The notes under the pieces: model-generated
Database searches by the model: none
What the model saw: the letters and a program-made list of their open reading frames with translations, nothing else
Told to the model about the DNA's origin: nothing
IMG/VR virus record: IMGVR_UViG_3300024358_000009
Location: 124,001-188,000 of that record
Strand: one strand, 5' to 3'
DNA: 64,000 bases
Part shown: piece after piece, positions 49,511 through 59,686 of the stretch
Layout: every line of letters starts with the position of its first letter
How positions within the stretch are numbered: position 1 is the first letter of the stretch
Translations under genes and position numbers: made by a program

Positions 49511-50017
49511 ATGAAAAAAATAGCAGAAACAAAAATCGCCTTAAAAAGAAATATAGTTGATTTAGTCAGAATAGAAGAAGATTCAAATCTAATAGAAGAT
49601 CCTGATTTTGGGGTTTTAAAAACAAATAACGGCTGGAAAGAACAAGAATTTATTGATTATGTTAGAAAAAAGAATACATCTATATATATTTGTCAAGTTA
49701 GCAATACTATAATTGGATTTATTGCTTTTTCAAAAGAAGATGATTTTTTAATAATAAATAAATTAGTTATAGATCCAGTTTTAAGAAAAAACGGATTTGG
49801 TTCTACATTACTTAATTTTGTTGAAAATTTAAACTTTTCAAAAATAATTGCTTATGTTAAAGAAAATGATATGGAAAGTATAACTTTCTTTAAAAATAGA
49901 GGTTTTAAAGGAAAATTAAAGTTTGATTACTTTGGAAAAGATAAAGACGCAATAGTTTTTGAAAGAGAAACAAATGAAGAAAAAAAGTCAAAATCTGGCA
50001 AAAGGAAAAATGGTTAA
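49511..50017 (+). CDS. GNAT acetyltransferase (RimI-like)
   Basis: Motifs IDPVLRKNGFGSTLL and FFKNRGF. Confidence 0.8.
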   Translation: MKKIAETKIALKRNIVDLVRIEEDSNLIEDPDFGVLKTNNGWKEQEFIDYVRKKNTSIYICQVSNTIIGFIAFSKEDDFLIINKLVIDPVLRKNGFGSTLLNFVENLNFSKIIAYVKENDMESITFFKNRGFKGKLKFDYFGKDKDAIVFERETNEEKKSKSGKRKNG

Positions 50018-50148
50018 TTGTCTTGGTTGGTGTAACAAAATGTTTTTTTCTATAGATCCAATAAACATAAGATTTTGCAATAAGTGTAAAGACAAAAGAA
50101 GAGATATGGTTTTATCAAAATTTGAAACAAAAGAATTAAAAATAAACA

Positions 50149-50454
50149 ATGATTAATTTTTTAAAATCAATATTCTTTGGAACTCCAAGATCAGGAAAAT
50201 GGTCATCGTTAAGAGATAAACTTATAAAAGAAAGCGGTGAGTGCTTGTCGTGCGGAGTAAAAAAGGAACTTACTTGTCATCACATAATACCATTTAGCAT
50301 AGATAAAACTTTAGAGCTTGAAGAATCTAATTTGGTAGTTTTATGCGAAACATGTCATTTTGTTTTTGGGCATTTGAAAAGCTGGAAATCATATAATAAA
50401 AATGTTATAAAAGACTGTAGAGATTATAGGTTAAAAGTGGAGTATCGACCATGA
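50149..50454 (+). CDS. Small HNH endonuclease
   Basis: CLSCG...HHIIP...NLVVLCETCH. Confidence 0.85.
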   Translation: MINFLKSIFFGTPRSGKWSSLRDKLIKESGECLSCGVKKELTCHHIIPFSIDKTLELEESNLVVLCETCHFVFGHLKSWKSYNKNVIKDCRDYRLKVEYRP

Positions 50455-50816
50455 GCGAACCAGTACCTGGTATATTTCAAAAAGCTGTTAATTTTACAAA
50501 AGCAGTTGTTAAACATGCAGCTACTGGATTTCAGCGTGTTCCATTAAATGTATTTCATGACAGAATGAATATATGTAACTCTTGCGAAAATAAAACTCCA
50601 GAAGGAACATGCAAGCTATGTGGTTGTTTTTTAAATATCAAAAATACATGGGCTTCTGAAAAATGCCCTGCTGGAAAATGGGATATATTTAATGCTCCTA
50701 TTCCACAAAATATAGCAGGACAGGTTAATCAAGTTAATCAAGCACAACCAAAACAAGGTGGTTGCGGATGCAATAAAAGCGCTGTTAATTTTAGTAACCC
50801 AATAGGTCCAACTTAA
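50451..50816 (+). CDS. Cys-rich protein (DUF6171-like)
   Basis: R..IC..C...CKLCGCF...CP.GKW. Confidence 0.6.
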   Translation: MSEPVPGIFQKAVNFTKAVVKHAATGFQRVPLNVFHDRMNICNSCENKTPEGTCKLCGCFLNIKNTWASEKCPAGKWDIFNAPIPQNIAGQVNQVNQAQPKQGGCGCNKSAVNFSNPIGPT

Positions 50817-50863
50817 ACAAGCAAATAATCCTCTAGTATAGTGTATTTAATACTAGGGGTATT

Positions 50864-51247
50864 ATGTCTAGAAAAGCATATAATAATTCAACAGTCGGAG
50901 AAATATCTGGTAAATATTGGGCTTTAGCTAAAAAAAACGCAAAAAAAAGAAATATAGAATTTAATATAACTAAAGAAGAAGCTTGGGATATTTTCCTAAA
51001 ACAAAATAGAAGATGTATTTACACAGGAATAAAAATAACTCATTTAAAATATTTATGCAGAAAAAACGGTAAAGAAATTTATCATTTAGGAACTGCTTCT
51101 ATGGATAGAATAGATAATGATTTAGGATACACTAAGGAAAATATTCAATGGGTTCACAAGGATGTAAATGCGATGAAATCTAATTTTAAGGAAAAATATT
51201 TCTTAAAAATTTGTAAACTTATAGTTAGGAGATTGTTATGCCATTAA
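50864..51247 (+). CDS. His-Me finger (HNH-like) endonuclease
   Basis: CIYTG...SMDRIDNDLGYTKENIQWV...N.MK. Confidence 0.75.
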   Translation: MSRKAYNNSTVGEISGKYWALAKKNAKKRNIEFNITKEEAWDIFLKQNRRCIYTGIKITHLKYLCRKNGKEIYHLGTASMDRIDNDLGYTKENIQWVHKDVNAMKSNFKEKYFLKICKLIVRRLLCH

Positions 51248-51747
51248 AAAAATGCAGCGACAATGGTAAAAACGGTTGGAAATGGGGCGATCAAGGCAAA
51301 TGCTATACTGGCAAAGAGGGAAAGAATCAAGCTATTAAACAAGGCGTGGCTATTGAAGGGCCAGAAAAGTTTGCAAAAATTATGCGTGAAAAAGCTGCTG
51401 AATGGGCTGGAAAAAGTCTTTACGATAGTTTAAGTGATGATGAAAAGGAATTAGCTAATGCATTGCTTTCTCTTGCTGAAAAAATTGGTCCTTTAGATAA
51501 AGGCGAAGGTATTTGGGTTGGTTATGAGGGCGCTTCTACTAACTCAACAAAAGATATTGGCGTAAAATGCGGTAATTGTGCGTTACATAAATCTGAAAAT
51601 GCATGTGCTATTTTAGATCAAGAAATAGAAATGGACGGAGCATGTAGATTTGCTGTAATACCACCAGGACTTGTTAAAACTAAACAGATAAATAAAGACA
51701 TAGAGGAATATTTGAATGAGGATTCTAACGGAAAATCCACTTCTTAA
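51238..51747 (+). CDS. Hypothetical protein with a Cys cluster
   Basis: KCGNC...C...GACRF. Confidence 0.5.
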   Translation: MPLKKCSDNGKNGWKWGDQGKCYTGKEGKNQAIKQGVAIEGPEKFAKIMREKAAEWAGKSLYDSLSDDEKELANALLSLAEKIGPLDKGEGIWVGYEGASTNSTKDIGVKCGNCALHKSENACAILDQEIEMDGACRFAVIPPGLVKTKQINKDIEEYLNEDSNGKSTS

Positions 51748-52207
51748 GACAAAATGCAATTTTATAAACATAAAAGAAGGTAGAAAAATAGCAAGAAGAC
51801 TTGTTGTTTTTATACAAGATTTTAATAAAAAAAATAAGAATAAAGCAGCTGGAATAGCTGCTAATCAGCTTGGAATTAATGCTTCTGTAGTAGTTGTTTT
51901 AATAAAAAATAAACCGCTAATTTTGATAAATCCAGTAATTACAGATTTTTCAAAATCAAAGTTTGCTCATGAAGAAGAGTGTTTAAGTTTTCCAGATCAA
52001 AGACTCACCGTTTTTAGACATGATTGGATAAAAGTAAAATCTGATTATTCAAAAGAAGAAATGTTTTTTGGTCAACTTGAAAACATGGATATAAACAAAA
52101 CAAATCTTTTTGAATCGGCTTTAATACAACATGAAATAGCTCATCTTTTTGGTAAAACAATTCATGATTTTCAATGGGAAAATTCACCAAGTCCTAGAGA
52201 ATGGTAA
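51716..52207 (+). CDS. def: Peptide deformylase
   Basis: Motifs GIAANQLG, EECLSFP and QHEIAHLFG. Confidence 0.9.
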   Translation: MRILTENPLLKTKCNFINIKEGRKIARRLVVFIQDFNKKNKNKAAGIAANQLGINASVVVVLIKNKPLILINPVITDFSKSKFAHEEECLSFPDQRLTVFRHDWIKVKSDYSKEEMFFGQLENMDINKTNLFESALIQHEIAHLFGKTIHDFQWENSPSPREW

Positions 52208-52899
52208 TGTTTAATTTTAAAGTAAAAACAGCAGAAGAAAATAATGACATTACTTTGTTTATAAATAAACATTCTTATAAATTAAACATAAGTGATTTAT
52301 ATGAGTTTATAACAGATTTAAACAAAGCAAAGTTTGATTTTTTAAGAAAAAAACAAAACACCGAAATAGACAAACCATCTTAAAATTTCTATAATGACTT
52401 CATAACGGAGGCAATGTTATGAAGACACATTATGCAAAAAGAAATGGTAGAACTGGTCAAAAGTTTGATACATCAATCGAAAGCATTTTATATCAAATAC
52501 TTCCAGACGATTGCCTATTAACTAAAAATGAAATACAAGAAAAGTTAAATTTATACTTTAAGCAAAAACCATCTGAATCAATTGGTCGTTTTGGATCAAA
52601 AGAGTTAGACTCTTGTATATTCAATTTGTGTCAAAAAGGTTATCTAAAAGAAATTTTTGGCATAAAGTTAGAGAAGTTCATTAAAACATTGTCATAAAAA
52701 AAAGTGTATTTAATAGCAGTCTCAATATAGGAGTCTGCTATGTCCGTATACTATGAAATATGGGGCATTCTCCCAGACAAAAAGAAAAGGTCTTTAATAA
52801 TGACCTATGAAGAAGATAAATGGCAAAGAGCAGAAAAAAAAGCTGCTAGACTTATTGAAATGGAAATGTCTGGGGTTGTTTTGCTAGAAAAGAAGACGA

Positions 52900-53952
52900 A
52901 TGAAAAAGATTAATATAGTATGTCCAGTTAACCAACTTGGATATGGAATAGTATCTACGAACATAGTTAAAGAAATTGCTAAAAAGCTCGATGTTTTTTT
53001 ATGGCCAATAGGACAAATAGACAAATCTATAAATGATTATCAATTTTTTGAAGATTTAAATAAAAAGTCTGATTTTTATGATAAAGATGCTTCAAGTTTA
53101 AAAATTTGGCATCAAAATGATTTATCTATGCATCCATCTAAAGGAATTAGAACTGCATTACCAATATTTGAATTAGAGCCACTACAAAAACATGAAGTTC
53201 ATCAAATGAATTGTATGGATATAATTTTTTTGCCAACTCAATGGGCTGTTGATATAGCTATAAACTCTGGTGTTAAAACAAAAATATTTAAAACTCCGTT
53301 TGGTGTTGATCATTCTATTTTTGATAAACCAAAGCAAGCATTAAACAAAAACAAATTTACATTTTTAAATGTTGGTAAATGGGAAATAAGAAAAGGTCAT
53401 GACATTTTAATAAAAGCTTTTCAAAAGGCATTCCCATCTGACAATGATGTTGAACTTATAATGCATTGTGACAATCCGTTTTTAAACGAAGAAGAAAGAA
53501 ATAATTGGGAAAGCTATTATTCTTCTGACAAAAGAATAAAGATTAGCCATAGATTTAAAACACAACAAGAATTATTTGAATTGATGTCATATGCAGATTG
53601 TGGTGTTTTTCCTGCTAGGGCTGAAGGATGGAATATGGAATTAGCAGAAATGCTTTCTATGGGAAAAAATTGTATAGCTACAAATGCTACTGCTCATAAA
53701 GAATTTATAAACAATGAAATATGTGAATTGGTAAATGTAGATAAATTAGTAAAAGCATATGATAATAAATGGTTTTTTGGTCAAGGATATTGGCCAAATC
53801 TTGATGACAATTTTATAAATCAATTTGCAAGTAAAATGATCAAGGTGAAAAACCTTAAAAATAATTTTAATAAAAAGGCATACGATGAAATGAAAAAATT
53901 AACATGGGAAAAAACAGCTTCGTTAATAACGGATTATATTTATGGAAATTAA
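52900..53952 (+). CDS. GT4-type glycosyltransferase
   Basis: Motifs FLNVGKWEIRKGHD and FPARAEGWNMELAE. Confidence 0.88.
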   Translation: MKKINIVCPVNQLGYGIVSTNIVKEIAKKLDVFLWPIGQIDKSINDYQFFEDLNKKSDFYDKDASSLKIWHQNDLSMHPSKGIRTALPIFELEPLQKHEVHQMNCMDIIFLPTQWAVDIAINSGVKTKIFKTPFGVDHSIFDKPKQALNKNKFTFLNVGKWEIRKGHDILIKAFQKAFPSDNDVELIMHCDNPFLNEEERNNWESYYSSDKRIKISHRFKTQQELFELMSYADCGVFPARAEGWNMELAEMLSMGKNCIATNATAHKEFINNEICELVNVDKLVKAYDNKWFFGQGYWPNLDDNFINQFASKMIKVKNLKNNFNKKAYDEMKKLTWEKTASLITDYIYGN

Positions 53953-54358
53953 AGAATTGTCATTAAATGATATATACAATGGCTATTCTGATTGCCTTAA
54001 AGAAATAGGTGTATTTTTTATAGCTAAAATAGAACTAGAAAGATTTGTTCAATATTTGTTGAAAAAGAACAGCAAAATATTTTGTTTTTATATTAATAAC
54101 ATAGTAGCTGGAACTATAACTATAGATTTATTTTCTAAAAAAAATAAAAATAGTTGCTATATTACAAATCTTTGTGTTCAAAAAAAATACAGAGGACAAA
54201 ATATATCTTATGAACTATTAGAACATTGTTATAATTTTGCAAAAGATAACATGTGCCATGAATTGTGTTTACATTGTGAATCAAATATGATTTCTTTTTA
54301 TGAAAAGAACGGATTTTTTTGTGAAGGAAATTGTATGAGGAGAAAAATAAATGTCTGA
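53942..54358 (+). CDS. GNAT acetyltransferase
   Basis: Motifs LCVQKKYRGQNIS and FYEKNGF. Confidence 0.8.
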   Translation: MEIKELSLNDIYNGYSDCLKEIGVFFIAKIELERFVQYLLKKNSKIFCFYINNIVAGTITIDLFSKKNKNSCYITNLCVQKKYRGQNISYELLEHCYNFAKDNMCHELCLHCESNMISFYEKNGFFCEGNCMRRKINV

Positions 54359-54676
54359 TTTATCTTCTATAACTTTTTTCTTAGACAAAGAAGATGTTTA
54401 CTGTAAAGTTAACCTAGAAACACTAGAAAATAATAAGGACGAGCTTGATTTAATAAAAAGAACTGGCGACTTTTTTGCTTTATTAAGTGTTGGGGCTTTA
54501 AAGCCAGTTATAGTTCATGCTTTAGCAGAGTATGGAATATTAACAAACAATAAAAGAATGACAGAAAATATATTAATTTCCTTTGAACAATCTTTGAAAA
54601 GAATATCAAACCAAAACGAAACAAGGGAAAGGCCAGTAGTATTACCAACTGAAGCTTTTTTAATAAAGGAAAAACA

Positions 54677-55492
54677 ATGATTTCTGCTGAAATAGTAGCC
54701 GATTCAATAAGCCCGTCCAATCAAAGAATAACAAGTTTTGTTTGTATTTTTCCTAGATTTATATTGTCTGAATTTAATACGCACAGAATGTTATCTAGAA
54801 ATGCTGCTAGTAGTCGTGCTATTCCAACAAAAAAGTTTTTAGAACAAATTATTAATGATCCTGTTTTTCCTGTTCATTGGGGAAAAAATCAATCTGGTAT
54901 GCAAGCATTTTTAGAATTGGATGAAGAAAAAAAAGAAAACGCTAAAAAAATATGGTTAGAAGCAAGAGATAAAATGATAGATAGTGTTTCAAAATTACAA
55001 GAACTTGGCTTACATAAACAAATAACAAATAGATTATTAGAACCTTGGTTTAATGCTACTGTAATTGTTACTGCCACAGATTATGAAAACTTTTTTAAAC
55101 TTAGAATAAATAAAAATGCTCAACCAGAAATATTTGAATTAGCTACTTTAATGAAAAAAGAAATAGATAAATCAATACCAAAAAAAGTTGACATTGGATG
55201 TTGGCACATACCTTTTGCAGATAAACACATCAATAATGTTCCAGAGGAAAAAAATCTTTTAAAAATTGGCGTGGCAAGGTGCGCTAGAGTTAGTTATTTA
55301 AATTTTGAAGGCGTAATAGATTATGAAAAAGATTATGCGTTACACGACCAATTAAAAAACGATGGTCATTGGAGTCCATTTGAACATTGTGCAACACCGT
55401 GTTCGGAATCAAATAGATCATATGGAAATTTTTCTGGCTGGAAACAATATAGAAAGTTTTTTAAAGAAGAAAATGGAAAATGCGAAAAATAA
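54677..55492 (+). CDS. thyX: Flavin-dependent thymidylate synthase
   Basis: Motifs EFNTHRMLSRNAASSRAIP, FFKLR...AQPEI and HWSPFEH. Confidence 0.9.
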   Translation: MISAEIVADSISPSNQRITSFVCIFPRFILSEFNTHRMLSRNAASSRAIPTKKFLEQIINDPVFPVHWGKNQSGMQAFLELDEEKKENAKKIWLEARDKMIDSVSKLQELGLHKQITNRLLEPWFNATVIVTATDYENFFKLRINKNAQPEIFELATLMKKEIDKSIPKKVDIGCWHIPFADKHINNVPEEKNLLKIGVARCARVSYLNFEGVIDYEKDYALHDQLKNDGHWSPFEHCATPCSESNRSYGNFSGWKQYRKFFKEENGKCEK

Positions 55493-56318
55493 AATGGTTA
55501 AAATGGGAAGACCCATTAACTCCTAAAACAAATAACGATATTAAAAATTTTGAAGAGCAAGAGCAAAAAGATAGTTTTGATCAAGAAAATGATTTTATTA
55601 AACATGTTAGAGTTATATCGACTCCGCAAGGAGTAATACCTTTGGCAGAGCATGGTCTTTCCAGCAATCTTTATAAACTTTGGGTTGGCCATACAAATTT
55701 TGACATTACTGATAAAATTGTATCTGCTATTGAAAAAATTAAAGGCGTTGAAATATTAAAAGTTTGGACTAGATATAGATTTTGGATTGGCATAGGAAAT
55801 ATGTTTGATGTCGAGAAAGTTCAAATAGAAATAGAAAATAAACTTTGTCATAAGTCTTTTCCTGCTAAAAACTTAGTTGTTAAATCATTATTAAAAGCCG
55901 TTAAGAACAAAGATGTTTCTTGGGCTATATGTTCAAATAACAAAGGTGTCTTAGAAACAATAACTGGAAAAAATGATTTAGATGTTAAAAAAGAAGTGTT
56001 GAAAAACAATTTATATGTTATAAAATGTAGTTGGCATTTTAACTAACAGGAGTAATCATGTCTGATGTAAAAACTGCAATTAGTCCAGAACAAGTAGCTC
56101 GCTCTATTAGTCTTATTGTTTCCACTTTGAAGTGGATTACCACAATCATTCCTGGCGATAGCGATGACAAAATTGTTGCTGCTGTAGTCAAACTCACAGA
56201 AGAACCTTGGTTTATTTCTGCTCTAACTTTTCTTATTAATAAATTTGATGGCGATACAAATAAGATTACTGCCGATGACTTCATTCTTGCTGTAAAGAAG
56301 GCGCAAGGACAGAATTGA
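55480..56318 (+). CDS. Two hypothetical proteins (55480-56046, 56058-56318)
   Basis: Open frames; the second has an AGGAG RBS and is amphipathic. Confidence 0.6.
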
Positions 56319-56460
56319 TAAAAAAAATATTTTGGGAAGTAATTTTTGATATTGTAACTGTAGTTATATTTGGGGCAGCAATTACTGCCCTAATTTATAT
56401 TTCTAAAAATTTTCAACCACATAAACACACGGACAAATGTTTGATAGAGGAAAACAAAAA

Positions 56461-57267
56461 ATGAAGATTATTTTGTCTTTTGCTTTAGCACTTGTTTTTT
56501 CCTTCAATGTTTTTGCAGAAAAATTTGTAATTCCAGATCAAAAAATTGTTGGTGCTGAAACACCAATTGCTCTTGGAGAACTTGTTGATTTATCTGTAAG
56601 CCCGATCAAAAGCCCTCCTCAATATTTAGTAGAAACTACTTATACTTGGAAAGTTCTTGATGGATATACCGAAAAAAGAGTTAGAGATTATAATGGCGGT
56701 GTTTTCTTTGGTGCTGGAATTCAGCCGAAAAGACTAAAAGCTCTTGTTGCCGTAACATATCTTTATGCAGTTAAAGAACAGGATAAAATTACCGAGACTG
56801 CTGCAAGAACAGCATTCTTATCTACCGATGTTCTTATCGGCGATGAAGCTCCTCCTGCACCAGAACCAAATCCAAACCCCAATCCTAATCCAGAACCAGA
56901 ACCAAATTTTCCAGAGGGAAAGTATAATCTTTCTCCATTTATTTATAATTTGACTAAAACGAAAATCAATTTATCTAAATCTGATAAGGCTAAACAGGCT
57001 AATGCTTTAGCCAAATCATTTGAAGGAATAGCTGCTGCTATTGCTGCTGGAACTATTGATGACCAAGAAGATATTTTGAAAAAGACAGCAGAAGCTAATC
57101 GCTCTTCAATTGCTGCTGTTGGTGGAGATAGGTCAAAATGGGAAATTGTTTTTAACGAAATCCAAGAAAAGCTTTATGGTCTTTACAAAGATAATAAGAT
57201 GGTAACTAAACAAGATTTTGCTTCTGCATGGCGTGAAATTGCTGCTGGATTTAAAGCTTTTAAATAA
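56461..57267 (+). CDS. Secreted protein with a Pro-rich linker
   Basis: Signal peptide MKIILSFALALVFSFNVFA; linker PPAPEPNPNPNPNPEPEP. Confidence 0.75.
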   Translation: MKIILSFALALVFSFNVFAEKFVIPDQKIVGAETPIALGELVDLSVSPIKSPPQYLVETTYTWKVLDGYTEKRVRDYNGGVFFGAGIQPKRLKALVAVTYLYAVKEQDKITETAARTAFLSTDVLIGDEAPPAPEPNPNPNPNPEPEPNFPEGKYNLSPFIYNLTKTKINLSKSDKAKQANALAKSFEGIAAAIAAGTIDDQEDILKKTAEANRSSIAAVGGDRSKWEIVFNEIQEKLYGLYKDNKMVTKQDFASAWREIAAGFKAFK

Positions 57268-57278
57268 GGTGAATTAAC

Positions 57279-58229
57279 ATGTCAGATATTTCAAAGTTAT
57301 ATACAGATGGAACAGTTAATGGTTGGGCAGGAAAAAATAATCCCGATCTTGTCAAATCAGAATTTGATCTACTAAAAGATGATGGCTCTTTTAAAGATCT
57401 AAAAATTTTTAGTGCCAGCAGAGATACTAAAGGTAAAAAGCTAATGCTTTATGATGTAGTTCGTAAAGTATTGGGCAAAGATACTGAAAATTATGGCCAA
57501 GAAATTGGTGATTGCGTTTCGTTTGGCGCTAAAAACGCAATTGAATACTTAATGGCTACAGAAAAACTAATGAAGGGCGATAGAGAAGAGTGGAATCCTA
57601 TCTTTCCTCCATATTTATATGGTACGGGGCGAGTATTTATTGGGCGTGGACAACTTGATGGCAGCGATGGTTCACTCGGTAGTTGGATGGCAGATGCTGT
57701 TATTAAGTTTGGAGTATTACGATCTAACTTCACAAATGTTCCGAAATACTCAGGAAGAGTAGCCAGTAAGTGGGGCGATAAGCCAGGCCCACCTACTGAA
57801 TTCGTTAATGAAGCAAAACTCCATCCTGTAAAGTCTGCTGCTCTAATTAAGAGTTGGGATGATCTTCGTGACGCAATTGTAAATGGTTATCCATGCACTA
57901 CAGCTAGCGACATTGGATATAACATGGAACCATCTTCTGATGGCTTTCATCGTCAGACAGATAGTTGGGGTCATCAAATGTGTGTCATAGGAATTGATGA
58001 TGGGTATAAAAATGGTTCAGATCCTTACGCTATTATTCTTAATAGCTGGGGAGATTGTCACGGCAATCTTAAAGATTTTGATACTGGTGATAGCTTGCCA
58101 GCTGGTGTTCTTCGTGTTCGCAGGAAAGATATGGAAAAACATATTCGACAGGAAGAAACATTTGCCTACTCGAACTTTGATGGATTCCCAGAACAATTAA
58201 TTGACAAAAAACTATTTATGTTAATTTAA
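57279..58229 (+). CDS. Papain-like (C1) cysteine peptidase
   Basis: Catalytic motifs Q..GDCVSF, WGHQM and ILNSWG. Confidence 0.85.
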   Translation: MSDISKLYTDGTVNGWAGKNNPDLVKSEFDLLKDDGSFKDLKIFSASRDTKGKKLMLYDVVRKVLGKDTENYGQEIGDCVSFGAKNAIEYLMATEKLMKGDREEWNPIFPPYLYGTGRVFIGRGQLDGSDGSLGSWMADAVIKFGVLRSNFTNVPKYSGRVASKWGDKPGPPTEFVNEAKLHPVKSAALIKSWDDLRDAIVNGYPCTTASDIGYNMEPSSDGFHRQTDSWGHQMCVIGIDDGYKNGSDPYAIILNSWGDCHGNLKDFDTGDSLPAGVLRVRRKDMEKHIRQEETFAYSNFDGFPEQLIDKKLFMLI

Positions 58230-58230
58230 A

Positions 58231-58794
58231 ATGATAGAACAAATATATAAAAATCATTGTAACTCTGCTAGCGATATAAATGAACATCTCCCAATACTTA
58301 AAAAGTATGGAGAAAAATGCTCGCATATAACAGAAATGGGAGTTAGGGGTATAGTATCTACATGGGCATTTGTTGTTGCAAAACCAAAAAAGTTAACATG
58401 CATAGATATAAAACATCCGAGTTCTTTTGGAGCAGAAGAAAAATTTAATAATTTAATCAATGAATGCAATTTAAATAATATAGATTTTAAATTTATACAA
58501 GGAAATACATTAGATATAAACATTGAAAACACAGATCTTCTTTTTATAGACACTCTTCATAATTACGAACAAATAAAAACAGAATTATCAAAACATAATA
58601 TAAATGTTAATAAGTTTATGATTTTTCATGATACAGTAAGTTTTGGAAAAAGAAATGAAACTGGACATGGAAAAGGTATATTGGTAGCAATTAATGAATT
58701 TTTAGATGAAAATAAAAACTGGAAAGTTGTTGAAGATTTAAAAAACAATAATGGACTAATGGTACTAGAAAAAATTGGAGATAATAATGTTTGA
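58231..58794 (+). CDS. Class I SAM methyltransferase (Methyltransf_24-like)
   Basis: Motifs ITEMGVRG, DLLFIDTLH and IFHDT. Confidence 0.8.
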   Translation: MIEQIYKNHCNSASDINEHLPILKKYGEKCSHITEMGVRGIVSTWAFVVAKPKKLTCIDIKHPSSFGAEEKFNNLINECNLNNIDFKFIQGNTLDINIENTDLLFIDTLHNYEQIKTELSKHNINVNKFMIFHDTVSFGKRNETGHGKGILVAINEFLDENKNWKVVEDLKNNNGLMVLEKIGDNNV

Positions 58795-59686
58795 TCATAC
58801 AGAAGGTTTGCAGTATGGCCGTCCAGATAAAAACGATCCAAGAAAAAAACCTGCAAAACCAGAAGAAAGAAAAAGGGGTTCTAAAAAGAACCCAAAAGAT
58901 TCAGCCAGTAAACCAAATAAGAATATAGAAGTTTCTAAAGAAACTGAAGATAAAATTAGAAAATTAATGCAAGAACACAACGCAAAAAATCCAAAGTTTA
59001 AAGCTAATATGGCTCAGTTAAAAGCTGTATTTAGGCGTGGTGCTGGTGCATATTCCACAAGTCATGCCCCAGGAATGGATAGAACTAGATGGGGTCTAAA
59101 TAGAATTAAAGCATTTCTTTATCTATTAAGAAACAATCGTCCATCAAACCCAAACTATAAACAGGACAATGATCTTTTGCCTAATGGTCATCCACGAAGT
59201 TCAAAAAAGTCAAAGTCGGGGTATTTATGGGAAGAGGTTGAACTTTCAGATGTTTTAGCAATTGTAAAAAAACAAGTTGAGGAACATTATATGTCTGAAG
59301 ATAAAAAGTCAAAAGCCAAAAATGATATTGAAAATTATTTTTCTGAAGCTGCCGAAGGATATGATGCTCCTCAATCAGCAAGAAACAATGCTAAAAAAGT
59401 CTTAGAATGGAAGCGTAAGTACGGAAAGGAATGCAAAGGCATGACTCCTGTTGGCTGGGCTAGAGCTAGAGATTTGGCTGGTAATGCCAAGCTTTCTGCC
59501 GATACAGTAAAAAGAATGGCCCAGTTCAATCGTCATCGTGGTAATTACGAAAAAGCAAAATCTAAACCAGAATATAAAACCAAGCCTTGGACTATCCCTG
59601 CTGTAGTTGCTTGGTTGGGTTGGGGCGGAACAAGCGGAGTTGAATGGGCTATTAGAGTAAGTAATTCATTAAGCAAAAAAAAGTAA
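58787..59686 (+). CDS. Basic phage protein, probably head-associated
   Basis: Segments KAVFRRGAGAY...RWGLNR and GWARARDLA...TVKRM...AWLGWGG resemble domains attached to phage head proteins. Confidence 0.5.
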   Translation: MFDHTEGLQYGRPDKNDPRKKPAKPEERKRGSKKNPKDSASKPNKNIEVSKETEDKIRKLMQEHNAKNPKFKANMAQLKAVFRRGAGAYSTSHAPGMDRTRWGLNRIKAFLYLLRNNRPSNPNYKQDNDLLPNGHPRSSKKSKSGYLWEEVELSDVLAIVKKQVEEHYMSEDKKSKAKNDIENYFSEAAEGYDAPQSARNNAKKVLEWKRKYGKECKGMTPVGWARARDLAGNAKLSADTVKRMAQFNRHRGNYEKAKSKPEYKTKPWTIPAVVAWLGWGGTSGVEWAIRVSNSLSKKK

